Source: Ignavibacteria bacterium (lineage in GTDB: Bacteria > Bacteroidota > Ignavibacteria > Ch128b). Taken from it: a stretch of DNA of 64,000 bases. The stretch lies in NCBI GenBank assembly GCA_026415235.1, contig JAOAHM010000037.1, forward strand, positions 2,571 to 66,570. Reading direction: 5' to 3'. Shown here piece by piece: positions 44,101 through 54,620 of the stretch. A program made the position numbers and the translations under genes. The stretch's first letter is position 1. The number at the start of each line of letters is the position of its first letter. Under the pieces are notes generated by a model. The model was not told the DNA's origin, searched no databases, and saw only the letters and a list, made by a program, of their open reading frames with translations.

Positions 44101-44141
44101 GAATTTAGAATTATCAAAATAGTAGTTATTAAGGACTTCAT
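41118..44141 (-). CDS. secreted GH57-family-like alpha-glucan hydrolase (1007 aa) with T9SS C-terminal sorting domain
   Basis: Signal peptide; FLWHMHQPIYW (GH57 region I HxHQP), VLHHDGDNYGG (region IV), YLMVAQSSDYWYW (region V); C-terminal NYPNPFNAKTNIIFSIPEDDYVALKVYNLLGQEV Por_Secre_tail. Confidence 0.65.
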   Translation of the reverse strand: MKSLITTILIILNSINLINAQNQNEFKKTNPPIYIAFLWHMHQPIYWPYESIIQTEQNNRYPFSVVDIHNQRTGPYTSWPRNAVQKGINANMPHFGAQVSFSGSLIENLNVLEQAGNQNFQNWKSHWNYIKNQTTSLGNPRIDLVGFGYFHPLMPLIDYNDIRRQIQKHKQIFSQNFPGQYSKGIFPPENAFSTRIIPALVDEGLKWVLVDNIHFDRACVGYPYSTAGNLVEPNRADVRNPNPNDWIQLTGLWAPTRNSARWGRQPHYVEYVNPSTGEKKRIIAVPADRYMGNEDGRGGFGALNYEQVMSQLEAYNTDPQHPILIVLHHDGDNYGGGSESYYNHNFQNFVNWLQANPTRFVCTTIEDYLEMFPPDTNDVIHVEDGSWSGADNGDPEFKKWLGDPDATGYSPDRNSWAVLTAAKNFVETAYSIAPNDQRTQSALNYLMVAQSSDYWYWDGSLNGIWDSHPTRAANQAINLARQITGPDNTPPTIFSPQRDPYNPGGTEFGIQQPNNFKVWTYVFDKSGLKSVKLKYRIDYDGVNSPNSIHNETYIGGSEVSEWFEIDMVGISQPSQTNPQPLFKAKEYSAEITGFTNKLIGYYVEAVDSFNNVSKSEIKEVWVGSSSTGTQNRVSWTPQNPTRNDTITITVLNSNIGAKLHWGVNNSGKQWQTPNQVYWTPGTVLYNGTGPAVESPMSGPDTNKILRIKIGPFNKPEQFVNRVAFVIHFNDNTWDNNNGQDYQIVFDGGTQTHQFIMDGKVDTTARKVASNQNIDLYVDWNGSELYVATQSAQSQGRDIFIFIADSLRNLRSSPWAKTGKVMQWDAFLGNESTNNWSGWFDTQGIVKNASGQFLEGAINLQSELGYIPKRVYIAIGAYQTQDGGALQAQCPSGNGNGDLEANEFYLYNLPLTQIKDEHIPILSFELRQNYPNPFNAKTNIIFSIPEDDYVALKVYNLLGQEVQTIVQRKLSKGTYSFEFDGNKLPSGVYYYSLQAQNFRETKKMILLK

Positions 44142-44425
44142 ATTTAACTCATCGTTATTATTAAATTTAATAAAGGCATTTTTTTAGTTAATAAACTTTC
44201 ATAAAAAAATTTTCAATGAACTTAGCATATTAATTCATACTAATTGATTTAAGTTAGTTCTAAAATACAGAAACAAAAATTCTGTTGTCTCAATTCATTG
44301 CTTCAAAAATTTTAGAATAATTTTTTCAAATATTTTTATTCACAATTTATTACTTCTTAATAAATATTTTTTCTGAAATCATTTTAATGTTTTTTAAAAA
44401 TTTTTCAATTCCTTAAATTTGCATC

Positions 44426-44498
44426 GCACCCTTAGCTCAGTTGGTAGAGCAACTGACTCTTAATCAGTGGGTCGCGAGTTCGAGTCTCGCAGGGTGCA
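44426..44498 (+). tRNA. tRNA-Lys (anticodon CUU)
   Basis: Cloverleaf: acceptor gcaccct/agggtgc, D-arm gctc-agttggtag-gagc, anticodon stem actga/tcagt with loop cTCTTaa, T-arm gcgag-ttcgagt-ctcgc, discriminator A; CCA not encoded. Confidence 0.85.
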
Positions 44499-44537
44499 CA
44501 AAAAAAATCCCCGCAATGTTGCGGGGATTAAATTTTT
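44499..44537. terminator. bidirectional Rho-independent terminator (tRNA-Lys / fumC)
   Basis: AAAAAAA-atccccgc-aatgtt-gcggggat-TAAATTTTT. Confidence 0.8.
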
Positions 44538-44591
44538 AAATCTTTACAACATCTAATCAATCTCAATCTTCGCTAAAAATAATCAATATAA

Positions 44592-45986
44592 TCATTCTAA
44601 ATTTGGACCAATCATTTTCTCTGGTTTAACTACTTCATCAAACTTTTCTGGTGTTAACAGTCCGAGTTCAACAGCAGCTTCTTTCAAAGTTTTATTTTCT
44701 TTATGAGCTTTCTTAGCAACTTTTGCTGCGTTATCATAACCGATAACAGGATTTAAAGCAGTTACAAGCATCAAGGAATTATTAAGATGCATCTTTATTC
44801 TTTCATAGTTTGGTGTAATACCAACTACACAATTATCATTAAAACTTTCACATGCATCGGCAAGTAACCTAATAGATTGAAGAACATTGTAAATAATAAC
44901 TGGCATGAAGACATTCAATTCAAAATTTCCACTTGCACCTGCAAAGTTTACTGTCACATCATTACCAAATACTTGAGCGCATACCATTGTCATTGCTTCC
45001 GATTGAGTTGGATTAACTTTGCCAGGCATAATAGAACTTCCAGGTTCATTTTCAGGAATGTTTATTTCACCTATTCCACATCTCGGTCCTGATGCAAGCC
45101 ATCTGATATCATTTGCAATTTTCATTAATGAAGCAGCGAGTGTTTTCAATACACCGTGAAGTTCTACCATTGCATCTTTTCCAGCCATAGCTTCAAATTT
45201 GTTTCGAGCAGTCTTAAATGGTTTTCCTGTAATCTCTGCAATTTTCTGTGCAACTTTTTCTGCGTATTGTGGATGTGAATTCAAACCTGTCCCAACTGCT
45301 GTTCCACCAAGTGGAATTTCATAAAGATGTGGTAAACATGCTTCAATTCTTTCTAATCCATTTGTCAATTGTTGAGCATAACCAGAAAATTCTTGTCCAA
45401 GTGTTAATGGAGTTGCATCCATCAAATGCGTTCTTCCAATCTTAATTATATCTTTAAATTCCTCAGCTTTCTGTTGTAGAGAGTCTCTTAATTTTTTCAC
45501 CATTGGAATTAATCTTCTATGTATTTCTTCAACAGCTGATATATGCATTGCAGTAGGAAATGCATCGTTAGTTGACTGAGATTTATTTACATCATCATTT
45601 GGATGAATTGGTTTCTTACTTCCCACAACTCCACCAGCTAACTCAATTGCTCGATTAGCAATTACTTCATTAACATTCATATTAGTTTGAGTTCCACTAC
45701 CAGTTTGCCAAATAACAAGTGGAAAGTGATCATTCAATTTACCTTCTATTACTTCATCTGCTGCTTTTACAATTAAATCAGCTTTTTCTGGTGATAAAAC
45801 ACCAAGTTCTTTGTTTGTCAATGCAGCAGCTTTTTTTACAATTGCAAGTGCTCTTATAAATTCTGGTGGAAATTTTTCACCACCGATTTTAAAATTCATT
45901 AAAGACCTTGCAGTTTGTGCTCCATAATATTTATCAGTTGGGACTTTCATTTCGCCCATACTGTCAGTTTCAATTCTGTATTCCAT
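44592..45986 (-). CDS. fumC: fumarate hydratase class II
   Basis: [17 protein letters not shown] signature; 464 aa. Confidence 0.93.
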   Translation of the reverse strand: MEYRIETDSMGEMKVPTDKYYGAQTARSLMNFKIGGEKFPPEFIRALAIVKKAAALTNKELGVLSPEKADLIVKAADEVIEGKLNDHFPLVIWQTGSGTQTNMNVNEVIANRAIELAGGVVGSKKPIHPNDDVNKSQSTNDAFPTAMHISAVEEIHRRLIPMVKKLRDSLQQKAEEFKDIIKIGRTHLMDATPLTLGQEFSGYAQQLTNGLERIEACLPHLYEIPLGGTAVGTGLNSHPQYAEKVAQKIAEITGKPFKTARNKFEAMAGKDAMVELHGVLKTLAASLMKIANDIRWLASGPRCGIGEINIPENEPGSSIMPGKVNPTQSEAMTMVCAQVFGNDVTVNFAGASGNFELNVFMPVIIYNVLQSIRLLADACESFNDNCVVGITPNYERIKMHLNNSLMLVTALNPVIGYDNAAKVAKKAHKENKTLKEAAVELGLLTPEKFDEVVKPEKMIGPNLE

Positions 45987-46461
45987 ATTTGTTACCTCTT
46001 TGTTTTTTATTGTTTAAAATCCCCTCAAAAGCAATTTTGAGTATTTTAATTTATTCATTATGAATGTTCTATAGTTATTTGTACAAATTTAATTCATTTT
46101 TTCATTCCAAGATGTGGATAAATAAGTGTTTTTGTTGTTTTATTTCTGTGGATTTATGTTGATAAAGAGTTTATAACTTTTCAATCCTTTATTCATAATT
46201 AAAAAATGTTGAATTCTTTTTCCAATTCACATAAGTATGTTAAAAAGAAAAGTGAAAAATTCTTTTGTATTTATAGACTTAATGAGTTATCCACTATTTC
46301 ACACCCTTGTTGCTACTACTGGTTTTAAATCTGTTTAAAAGATTAAAAAAAGAATAATTGAAGTAATAGAAAGGGTGCCAAATGTTAATTGATATAAGAA
46401 AATATTATTGATAACTTTGTAAAACAATTTAAGAAATATAATAAGTTAGTAGAGGTAGTAT

Positions 46462-47259
46462 ATGCCAGATTATCCAAAACATTTATATATGATTGTGTTT
46501 CCAATCAATGCATTAGTTGCTTCTCAACTAAATCCAGAAGATTTTGGAATGCACTATGCAGTTGGAAGCACAAAGCATTATAGTGGGAAGGTTATTTTTG
46601 TTGAGTTGGATATAAATTTCAGAGATCCTTACTTTGAAATTGATAAGTATCTCGAAGAAACAAAAGCAGATCCAGTTACTGGTAGACCTAAGAGAACTAA
46701 ATTTATCAGTTCGTATGCAGTTATTGAGCATGTTCCTCTAAATGTTCTTAAAGATCTTTATTTAGTTCATCCAAATGGTAAAGTGCTTCCGCTTTCTAAA
46801 GGAGAGTATACTGCAATTAACCAACCTGGATTAATTAGAATCTATCAAGAGATTTGTCCACTTGAAACATTAGTTGCTTCTACACTTGACCAAAGAGAGT
46901 TTGGTAAATGGATAACAAGAGGAACAAAGTCAAAAGGAGCACCAAAAATACTATTCACTCAAATTGATTTTAATATTGATAAGTTTTTTGAAGAAAATAA
47001 AGGTAAAGCAATTATCTCTTGTGATATTCCAAGTGTAAATCCATATAGAGTTAAAGAGTGTATTGAAGAGTTAAAAGCACATCCTGAAAAACTAACTAAG
47101 ACAATTAGTCTTGGTTCAGTTTTGAAAGATATTTCATTTTCTTTAATTCGTCATGGTTTCTGGTTTGTTGATGGAGAAGAAATGGTCTTCTATCCAATGC
47201 CATCAGCTGATGAACTTGAAACAAAATATTTCTATTGGTGGAAATACGCAGCAAAATAA
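46462..47259 (+). CDS. hypothetical protein built from two homologous ~125-aa halves (internal tandem duplication), directly upstream of gap
   Basis: INALVASQLNPEDFG...FVELDINFRDPYFE aligns with LETLVASTLDQREFG...FTQIDFNIDKFFE. Confidence 0.5.
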   Translation: MPDYPKHLYMIVFPINALVASQLNPEDFGMHYAVGSTKHYSGKVIFVELDINFRDPYFEIDKYLEETKADPVTGRPKRTKFISSYAVIEHVPLNVLKDLYLVHPNGKVLPLSKGEYTAINQPGLIRIYQEICPLETLVASTLDQREFGKWITRGTKSKGAPKILFTQIDFNIDKFFEENKGKAIISCDIPSVNPYRVKECIEELKAHPEKLTKTISLGSVLKDISFSLIRHGFWFVDGEEMVFYPMPSADELETKYFYWWKYAAK

Positions 47260-47276
47260 AATTAAAAACAAAATGA

Positions 47277-48302
<1,026 letters not shown>

Positions 48303-48328
48303 GCATATTTTAAAATATCATTATTGTA

Positions 48329-48362
48329 GAATCCCCGGTATTGAGCCGGGGATTTTTTTTCT
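48329..48362 (+). terminator. Rho-independent terminator after gap
   Basis: atccccgg-tattgag-ccggggat followed by T8. Confidence 0.85.
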
Positions 48363-48426
48363 TCTGAATTTAATAAAGAACATTTATTCTAATTTCATAT
48401 CTTTGTTTTAGTTAAAAAACGGAAAG

Positions 48427-48918
48427 ATGCCTATGCAACTAAACTCTGAATTCATTGTCAAAATGATTCAGTTTATGCTCGCTCCAGCCGTGATGATTTC
48501 TGCATGTGGTTTGCTGCTCTTGGGAATTAATAACCGCTATTCTTCTATTGCTAACCGTATAAGACTATTGAATGACGAGAGGCGAAGACTAATCTTAAAA
48601 ATCAAAGATGGAAAAGAATTAGATTACCTTGAATCAAACCGTTTGGCGAGTTTAAAGAAACAACTTGAACAATTATTTTGTCGACTTGGATATGTTAAAA
48701 ATTGTGTTGTGTTTTACTCAACTGGAATTTTTCTTTTTGTGTTGACTTCTTTTTTAATTGGTTTGGATTTAATTTTTGATATTAAATCAGGAACAGTGTT
48801 GATGATGATTTCATTTATTTCAGGAATGATTTCAGTTGGAATAGGTATTCTATTCGCATTAAAGGAAATTATAAAAGGACATAAAGTTATTGAAATTGAA
48901 ATCAAAGCAGAAGAATAA
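48427..48918 (+). CDS. DUF2721-like small membrane protein
   Basis: Two hydrophobic hairpins separated by a charged coiled segment; 163 aa. Confidence 0.45.
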   Translation: MPMQLNSEFIVKMIQFMLAPAVMISACGLLLLGINNRYSSIANRIRLLNDERRRLILKIKDGKELDYLESNRLASLKKQLEQLFCRLGYVKNCVVFYSTGIFLFVLTSFLIGLDLIFDIKSGTVLMMISFISGMISVGIGILFALKEIIKGHKVIEIEIKAEE

Positions 48919-48948
48919 TATTAAAAACAAAAAGGGAGTAACTTCAAC

Positions 48949-49725
48949 ATGAAAAAAGTTAACTTAATAATTGTTTTAGTTCTACTTTTCGTTGCAACAA
49001 TTTATTCGCAATCCGTTCAGGATTTAATTAAAAAATGTGATGAATATATTGAAGAAAAGTTTGATAATGTAAATGCACTTAAAACAATAGAACAAGCATA
49101 TAAACTTGATCCAAATAATTTTGAAGTTCTTTGGAGAATGTCTCGTGCTTATGTTGATTACGCAGAACATCTTCCTTCAAAAACTGATCAGGAGAAAGAA
49201 CAACAATTGAAAATGTACGAAAAAGCTGTTGAGTTTGCTGAGAAAGCAATTAAAGTTAATCCCAATTCTTCAATTGGTTACATTCGAAGAGCAATTGCAA
49301 ATGGTAGAGTTGCACTATTCAAAGGAGTTTTCCAATCAATTAGTCTTGTTAATTCTGTCAAAGCTGATTGCGAAAAAGCAATTCAATTAAATAATGGCGG
49401 AGATATCCAACAAAGTGTTGCACTTTATGTTCTTGCAAGAGCTCATTCTAAGGTTTGTGAAAGACCAAAGTTTGCTCGATCTATAATCGGACTTGGTTGG
49501 GGAGATAGAGAAGAAGCCGCTAAACTTTTTGAAAGAGCAATAAAAATGAGACCTAATTTTATTATGTATCGTTTGGAAGCTGCAAAGAATTATATTGCAA
49601 TGGAAAACTTTCAAAAAGCAAAAGAACATCTTTACGCAATTCAAAATCTTCCAAAGCTCGATGAAGATGATGATGAATACAGAGCTGAAGCCCGAAAACT
49701 TTTGAATGAAATTAAAAACAAATAA
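48949..49725 (+). CDS. secreted tetratricopeptide-repeat protein
   Basis: Signal peptide; TPR-like helical repeats (AxxYxxA patterns). Confidence 0.5.
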   Translation: MKKVNLIIVLVLLFVATIYSQSVQDLIKKCDEYIEEKFDNVNALKTIEQAYKLDPNNFEVLWRMSRAYVDYAEHLPSKTDQEKEQQLKMYEKAVEFAEKAIKVNPNSSIGYIRRAIANGRVALFKGVFQSISLVNSVKADCEKAIQLNNGGDIQQSVALYVLARAHSKVCERPKFARSIIGLGWGDREEAAKLFERAIKMRPNFIMYRLEAAKNYIAMENFQKAKEHLYAIQNLPKLDEDDDEYRAEARKLLNEIKNK

Positions 49726-49771
49726 AACTTTTAATCGAATTACAATAGTTTTTCATTTTACATAAAAACTT

Positions 49772-49832
49772 GCCCTATTATTTAAGTTGACAATTCATTG
49801 AATGACTTAAATAATAGGGCATTGTTTTTTCT
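49772..49832. terminator. long-stem (16 bp) hairpin terminator, potentially bidirectional
   Basis: gccctattatttaagt-N17-acttaaataatagggc followed by attgTTTTTT; on the minus strand it is followed by aagTTTTT. Confidence 0.6.
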
Positions 49833-50167
49833 TACACTGTCACTAATCTTATTAACTTTTAAGAATAAAACTCTTTTCTTAAGTCAAGTTAAGGTAGTGA
49901 GCTTTTAGAAATATTTAATTAGTAACGTCTCTTTATTTTTCTTTGTTATGATGAATTGCTGAGACTTCAATAAGGTATCAATAATTTATAAGCGAGTTCA
50001 CAATTTTTACTGATTGGTTTATAGATTTTAAAAGATAACTCAACAATCTTCTAACAAAATTTTAAAATTAAAGAAGTATCTATTAAAAGAACCCAAACCA
50101 CTTGAAGATATATTGATTTAATATTTCTAAGAAAAAGTGAAGAAGATTCAAATTTGGAATTCTCCAA

Positions 50168-51595
50168 TCACAAGATGTATTTACTTAAATCTCTATTCTT
50201 CACTATTGAACTAAGTTTCTGTTGAACCATTTCCTTGGTTATTCTAATCTGTTTTTCTGAAATTTGATCAGGTACGCCATAGAGTATATCTTCAAGAAGT
50301 ATGGTAAGAATTGTATGAAGTCTCCGTGCGCCTATATTTTCAACTTGTTCATTTACTTCAGCAGCGGTTTTAGCAATTTCTCTAATTGCATCTTCCTCAA
50401 ACTCTATTTCAACACCTTCACTTTTTAGAAGAGCAGTATATTGTTTAATTAAAGCATTTTCTGGAAGAGTAAGAATTTTTACAAAATCTTCTTCAGTCAA
50501 ACTGTGTAATTCAACACGAATAGGAAATCTTCCTTGAAGTTCTGGAATTAAATCAGATGGTTTTGAAACATGAAATGCTCCAGAAGCTATAAATAAAATG
50601 TGGTCACTCCTAACGGGTCCATATTTCGTGTTTACAGTTGAACCCTCAACGATTGGAAGCAAATCTCTTTGAACTCCTTCACGAGAAACATCAGGTCCGA
50701 CTTTTGAAGGTGGTCCTGCTATCTTATCAATTTCATCAATAAATATTATGCCTGTGTTTTCGACCCTGAAAATAGCTTCTTTGATTATAGCGTCCATATC
50801 AATAAGTTTTTTCGATTCTTCTTCTCTGAAATAATTGCGAGCTTCTTTGATAGTCATCTTGCGTTTCTTTGTTTTCTTTGGAAGAACATTACCCAAGATT
50901 TCTTGAAGATTAACACCTAAATCATCAGGACCGAAAGGACCAAGTATCTGCATCACTGGGCCACTTGAATCTGCTTGGACTTCAAATTCAATGATTGTAT
51001 CGTCCAATTCACCTTTTATCAATTTTTCTCTGTAGAATTCTCGTGCTGATTTTTTCGGTTGCTCTTTGGATGTATCAATTTGAGTCTCAACTTCACTTGG
51101 AATTGGTAAAGGTTCTCGAACTCGTTTAATTGGTTCAAGAAGTATGTCAAGAATCCTTTCATCGGCAAGTTGTTGTGCTTTTTCTCGAACCTCTTCCATC
51201 TTTTCTGCTTTGACCATATTCACTGCAATATCTGTAATTTCTCGAATCATTGACTCAACATCTCTTCCAACATATCCTACTTCAGTATATTTTGAAGCTT
51301 CAACTTTTAGAAAAGGTGCATTTGCAAGTCTTGCTAATCGGCGTGCAATCTCTGTTTTACCTACTCCTGTTGGACCAATTAAAATGATATTATTTGGCAA
51401 AATTTCTTCACGAAGATTTTCTTTTACCTTTTGTCTTCTCCATCTATTTCTTAGTGCAATTGCCACTGCCTTCTTTGCAGCATCTTGGCCAACAATGTAT
51501 TTATTTAATTCTCTAACAATTTCTGATGGAGTTAGACTCTTGATTTCAAATTTGTTATTCTGATTTTTATCTGATTGAATTTTCTTTCCTCTCAT
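50168..51595 (-). CDS. hslU: ATP-dependent protease ATPase subunit HslU
   Basis: [15 protein letters not shown] Walker A, I-domain, C-terminal sensor region. The start is set at MRGKK (51595) to avoid a 29-nt overlap with hslV; the track's 51625 start is also possible. Confidence 0.88.
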   Translation of the reverse strand: MRGKKIQSDKNQNNKFEIKSLTPSEIVRELNKYIVGQDAAKKAVAIALRNRWRRQKVKENLREEILPNNIILIGPTGVGKTEIARRLARLANAPFLKVEASKYTEVGYVGRDVESMIREITDIAVNMVKAEKMEEVREKAQQLADERILDILLEPIKRVREPLPIPSEVETQIDTSKEQPKKSAREFYREKLIKGELDDTIIEFEVQADSSGPVMQILGPFGPDDLGVNLQEILGNVLPKKTKKRKMTIKEARNYFREEESKKLIDMDAIIKEAIFRVENTGIIFIDEIDKIAGPPSKVGPDVSREGVQRDLLPIVEGSTVNTKYGPVRSDHILFIASGAFHVSKPSDLIPELQGRFPIRVELHSLTEEDFVKILTLPENALIKQYTALLKSEGVEIEFEEDAIREIAKTAAEVNEQVENIGARRLHTILTILLEDILYGVPDQISEKQIRITKEMVQQKLSSIVKNRDLSKYIL

Positions 51596-51596
51596 C

Positions 51597-52130
51597 TCAT
51601 AGCTCCTCGATGATGATATTATCATTAGTGTAAATACATATTTCAGCTGCGGCTTTTAAAGATTCTTCAACAATTTCTTTAGCCGATAAGTTGCTATGTT
51701 TTACGAGCATTCTTGCAGCAGCAAGAGCATAACTACCTCCAGAACCAATTGCGACAATATTATCATCTGGTTCAATTACATCACCATTTCCTGAAATAAT
51801 CAAAGCTTTATCTTTCGAAACAACAGCAAGAAGTGCTTCAAGTCTTCTTAAATATTTGTCAGTTCTCCAGTCTTTTGCAAGTTCTACTGCAGCACGGGAT
51901 AAATTTCCTTTGTATTGTTCAAGTTTATCTTCGAATCTTTCAAGAAGTGTAAATGCATCTGCTGAAGCTCCAGCAAATCCAGCGAGTACGGTATTATTGT
52001 AAAGTTTTCTTACCTTTCTCGCATTATGTTTCATAACGGTTTGACCCAAAGTTACCTGTCCATCTCCGCCCATAGCAACTTTACCGTTATGAACTAAACC
52101 TAAGATTGTTGTTGCTCTTATTTTTTCCAT
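51597..52130 (-). CDS. hslV: ATP-dependent protease subunit HslV
   Basis: [21 protein letters not shown]. The catalytic Thr is preceded by a 6-aa MEKIRA extension. Confidence 0.9.
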   Translation of the reverse strand: MEKIRATTILGLVHNGKVAMGGDGQVTLGQTVMKHNARKVRKLYNNTVLAGFAGASADAFTLLERFEDKLEQYKGNLSRAAVELAKDWRTDKYLRRLEALLAVVSKDKALIISGNGDVIEPDDNIVAIGSGGSYALAAARMLVKHSNLSAKEIVEESLKAAAEICIYTNDNIIIEEL

Positions 52131-52138
52131 AATATCTC

Positions 52139-54007
52139 CTATGGCAAACTTTTGTTAATTTTTTTCCATTCTTCGTACCAAGAAACATAAGGTGATATGA
52201 TAGGAACTGCTGTCATTTTACCACCAAATCCCATGTAGCGATAAACAAACATATTCAAGTTACTTACCTTTATTGATTTTAATAAATCAATATTAATGTT
52301 CTTTACGTACTTCTGAGCAAGTTGAGCGACTAACCGATCTCTTTGTTGATCAAATTTTTTTTGTTTTAGTTCGGTTCTAATTTTTTCTTTTAATTCGCCT
52401 AAGTCTTGAATATTACTTGTATCGGGTCGTTCTATTTTTTTATCAAGAAGTTTGATAATTGAATAGCCATCTTGTGTTTCAATTGGTGCGAAGATTTCAC
52501 CAATGTTTAGTCGTTCTGCAGTTCTTCCAATTTCTCCATACATATAACTTGGGAAGTAACCGAATTCACCATTTTTCTCTGCTGCCCATTTTCTTTTAGA
52601 AAATTCTCTTGCTAATTGTCCAAAGTCTTCTCCATCTCTTAATCTACTCAAAATCATTTCAACTTTTTCTAAACTATCAACTAAAATTTCCTGAATGTTT
52701 ACAAGTATTACTTCTTCAGATTTAATCCCTCTTTCTTTGATGTACTTTTCTATTTCCTCATCTGTAACTTCGATGTTATTTCTTAGACTTAGAGCATACC
52801 ATGTCGAATAATAAAAATCACGCCACATTTCAATGTCTTTTTTAACTTCAGGTTTGAGATGTAAACCTTGTCTGTAACCTTCTTCTGCTAAATATTCATC
52901 TTCAAGGAAATTTTTTATTGCTCTATTAAGTTTAGAAGCAATGTGTCGCTCACTCGAGTCAGTTACAGTAAATCCTTTGAATAGAATTGCTCTTAGAAAT
53001 TCTTTAATAGGAACATTTCTTTTGTCCATTTTTATTAAAATTAAATCTTTCTTATCACCTAAATCATTTTCAATTTGTCTGATATCTTCAGGATCAATTA
53101 TATATTCATTATTTCGTATAGGAGATTGGTTTTCAAATTTATATTTGAACCTCTTTGTGACAACATCAACCATTGTCCAAAAAACATCACCATCTGCTTC
53201 GCCTCGTTTTTTTGAGAAGAATTTTTTGAAATACTCGTTGTAAAGTTTTTCCTCAATTCTTTGTTTCAGAATTTTTTCTGCTTTACGAGCAGCATCATTT
53301 AGCTCTTTTGGTCCCATTGCAATATTCATTCTCGAACTATCAACTTTGAAGATATAATATCCAAGGTTGGATTTTAATGGAATTGTGAATTCCCCTGGTT
53401 CTGTTACATAAATTACATTTTCAAAATCTTCGATTAATGTCCCATAAGTTATTTCCATTGGAGCTAATTGGTCATCATTAATCTTTTTAGAAATTAAAAT
53501 TGAATCGAAGTTAGCACCATTAATTAAATCTTTGTAAACAGAAAATATTTCTGAAGAATCGGTATCGAAAATGTAACGAGCATAAATTGTAATCTGACTT
53601 TTCGCAAAAGCATTGTTAAGTTCTTTTTGATCGATTTTTACTTTACTTAAAATTTCTTTTCGATATAAAGCGTCACGAACAATCATTTTCTCTAAGTTTT
53701 TAAATGCCTGATTTAAATCAAAGCTTGTATCTATTTTTATTTCATTCCCATAGATTGAAAGAAGTTTTTCTGCAATTAGAGTTTTTAGAAATTCTAACTT
53801 TAATTCATCGTCAATGAAACGAATGTTTCTTCTAGGCCAAGGAGTAAATTCAAATCGAGTCACAAATTCATCTACGGTTATAACTTTGTTGCCTATCTCG
53901 ACAAGAACAGAGTCTTTTTGTTGAGCTGAAATTGTTTCGTTTGAGAAAATTATACAAATCGTGATTAATGCTATAAGTTTTTTCATATTAACCTTTTTAC
54001 TAACCAT
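52139..54007 (-). CDS. periplasmic peptidyl-prolyl cis-trans isomerase / chaperone (PpiD/SurA-like, parvulin domain)
   Basis: Signal peptide or anchor, SurA_N-like helical region, C-terminal parvulin block FGQLAREFS...GEFGYF...[16 protein letters not shown]. Confidence 0.7.
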   Translation of the reverse strand: MVSKKVNMKKLIALITICIIFSNETISAQQKDSVLVEIGNKVITVDEFVTRFEFTPWPRRNIRFIDDELKLEFLKTLIAEKLLSIYGNEIKIDTSFDLNQAFKNLEKMIVRDALYRKEILSKVKIDQKELNNAFAKSQITIYARYIFDTDSSEIFSVYKDLINGANFDSILISKKINDDQLAPMEITYGTLIEDFENVIYVTEPGEFTIPLKSNLGYYIFKVDSSRMNIAMGPKELNDAARKAEKILKQRIEEKLYNEYFKKFFSKKRGEADGDVFWTMVDVVTKRFKYKFENQSPIRNNEYIIDPEDIRQIENDLGDKKDLILIKMDKRNVPIKEFLRAILFKGFTVTDSSERHIASKLNRAIKNFLEDEYLAEEGYRQGLHLKPEVKKDIEMWRDFYYSTWYALSLRNNIEVTDEEIEKYIKERGIKSEEVILVNIQEILVDSLEKVEMILSRLRDGEDFGQLAREFSKRKWAAEKNGEFGYFPSYMYGEIGRTAERLNIGEIFAPIETQDGYSIIKLLDKKIERPDTSNIQDLGELKEKIRTELKQKKFDQQRDRLVAQLAQKYVKNINIDLLKSIKVSNLNMFVYRYMGFGGKMTAVPIISPYVSWYEEWKKINKSLP

Positions 54008-54615
54008 TTGATTGGAAAGATGCGTGATACTTGATTTTTGTATTCCAGATATTCCCTGCCAAAAAGTAACTCAAGCTTTTTCTCTTCAAAATAAGAACCA
54101 ATATAGAAATAAAGAATTATGAGCAGTGTTAATGTAAAATAAAAAACTGTCATGTAAGGTTTTAAAGCAATAAATAAAATTGAAAACAAGTAAATAGGAT
54201 GTCGGCAAATTTGATAGGGACCATCTTTTCTTAAAGAATAATTTTCATCCCATTGTTCATTATAATTTTGATTGAAATATTTTTGAATTTGACTTACTCC
54301 CAAAAATTCTTTCCAATTCGTGTATTTAATTGACCAAAGTAATCCCAACAAAGCTAAAATTTGAAGTCCAAAAATTATGAAATCATAAGGATAAGGAATT
54401 TCATAAACAATTTGGTGAGGTTTAGGGGAGAAGTATAGAAACAAACCAAAAGTTAAAAAACTAATTAAATTGTAAATCAATCTATAAAAAGCAATTTTGT
54501 TACCAAATTTTTCTTTGATTGCACTCTTAATTTTCAAACTTGCCATCAACGAATGAATAAAAGCAAACGCAAAGAATAACAGAATTATTTGAAATACATC
54601 AAGGAGAGTTTGCAT
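53983..54615 (-). CDS. membrane methyltransferase-family protein (ICMT/PEMT/NnrU-like)
   Basis: 5 TM; C-terminal RHPIY...EEKKLELLFGREYLEYKNQVSRIFP matches the ICMT family signature. Confidence 0.6.
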   Translation of the reverse strand: MQTLLDVFQIILLFFAFAFIHSLMASLKIKSAIKEKFGNKIAFYRLIYNLISFLTFGLFLYFSPKPHQIVYEIPYPYDFIIFGLQILALLGLLWSIKYTNWKEFLGVSQIQKYFNQNYNEQWDENYSLRKDGPYQICRHPIYLFSILFIALKPYMTVFYFTLTLLIILYFYIGSYFEEKKLELLFGREYLEYKNQVSRIFPIKWLVKRLI

Positions 54616-54620
54616 AGAGT

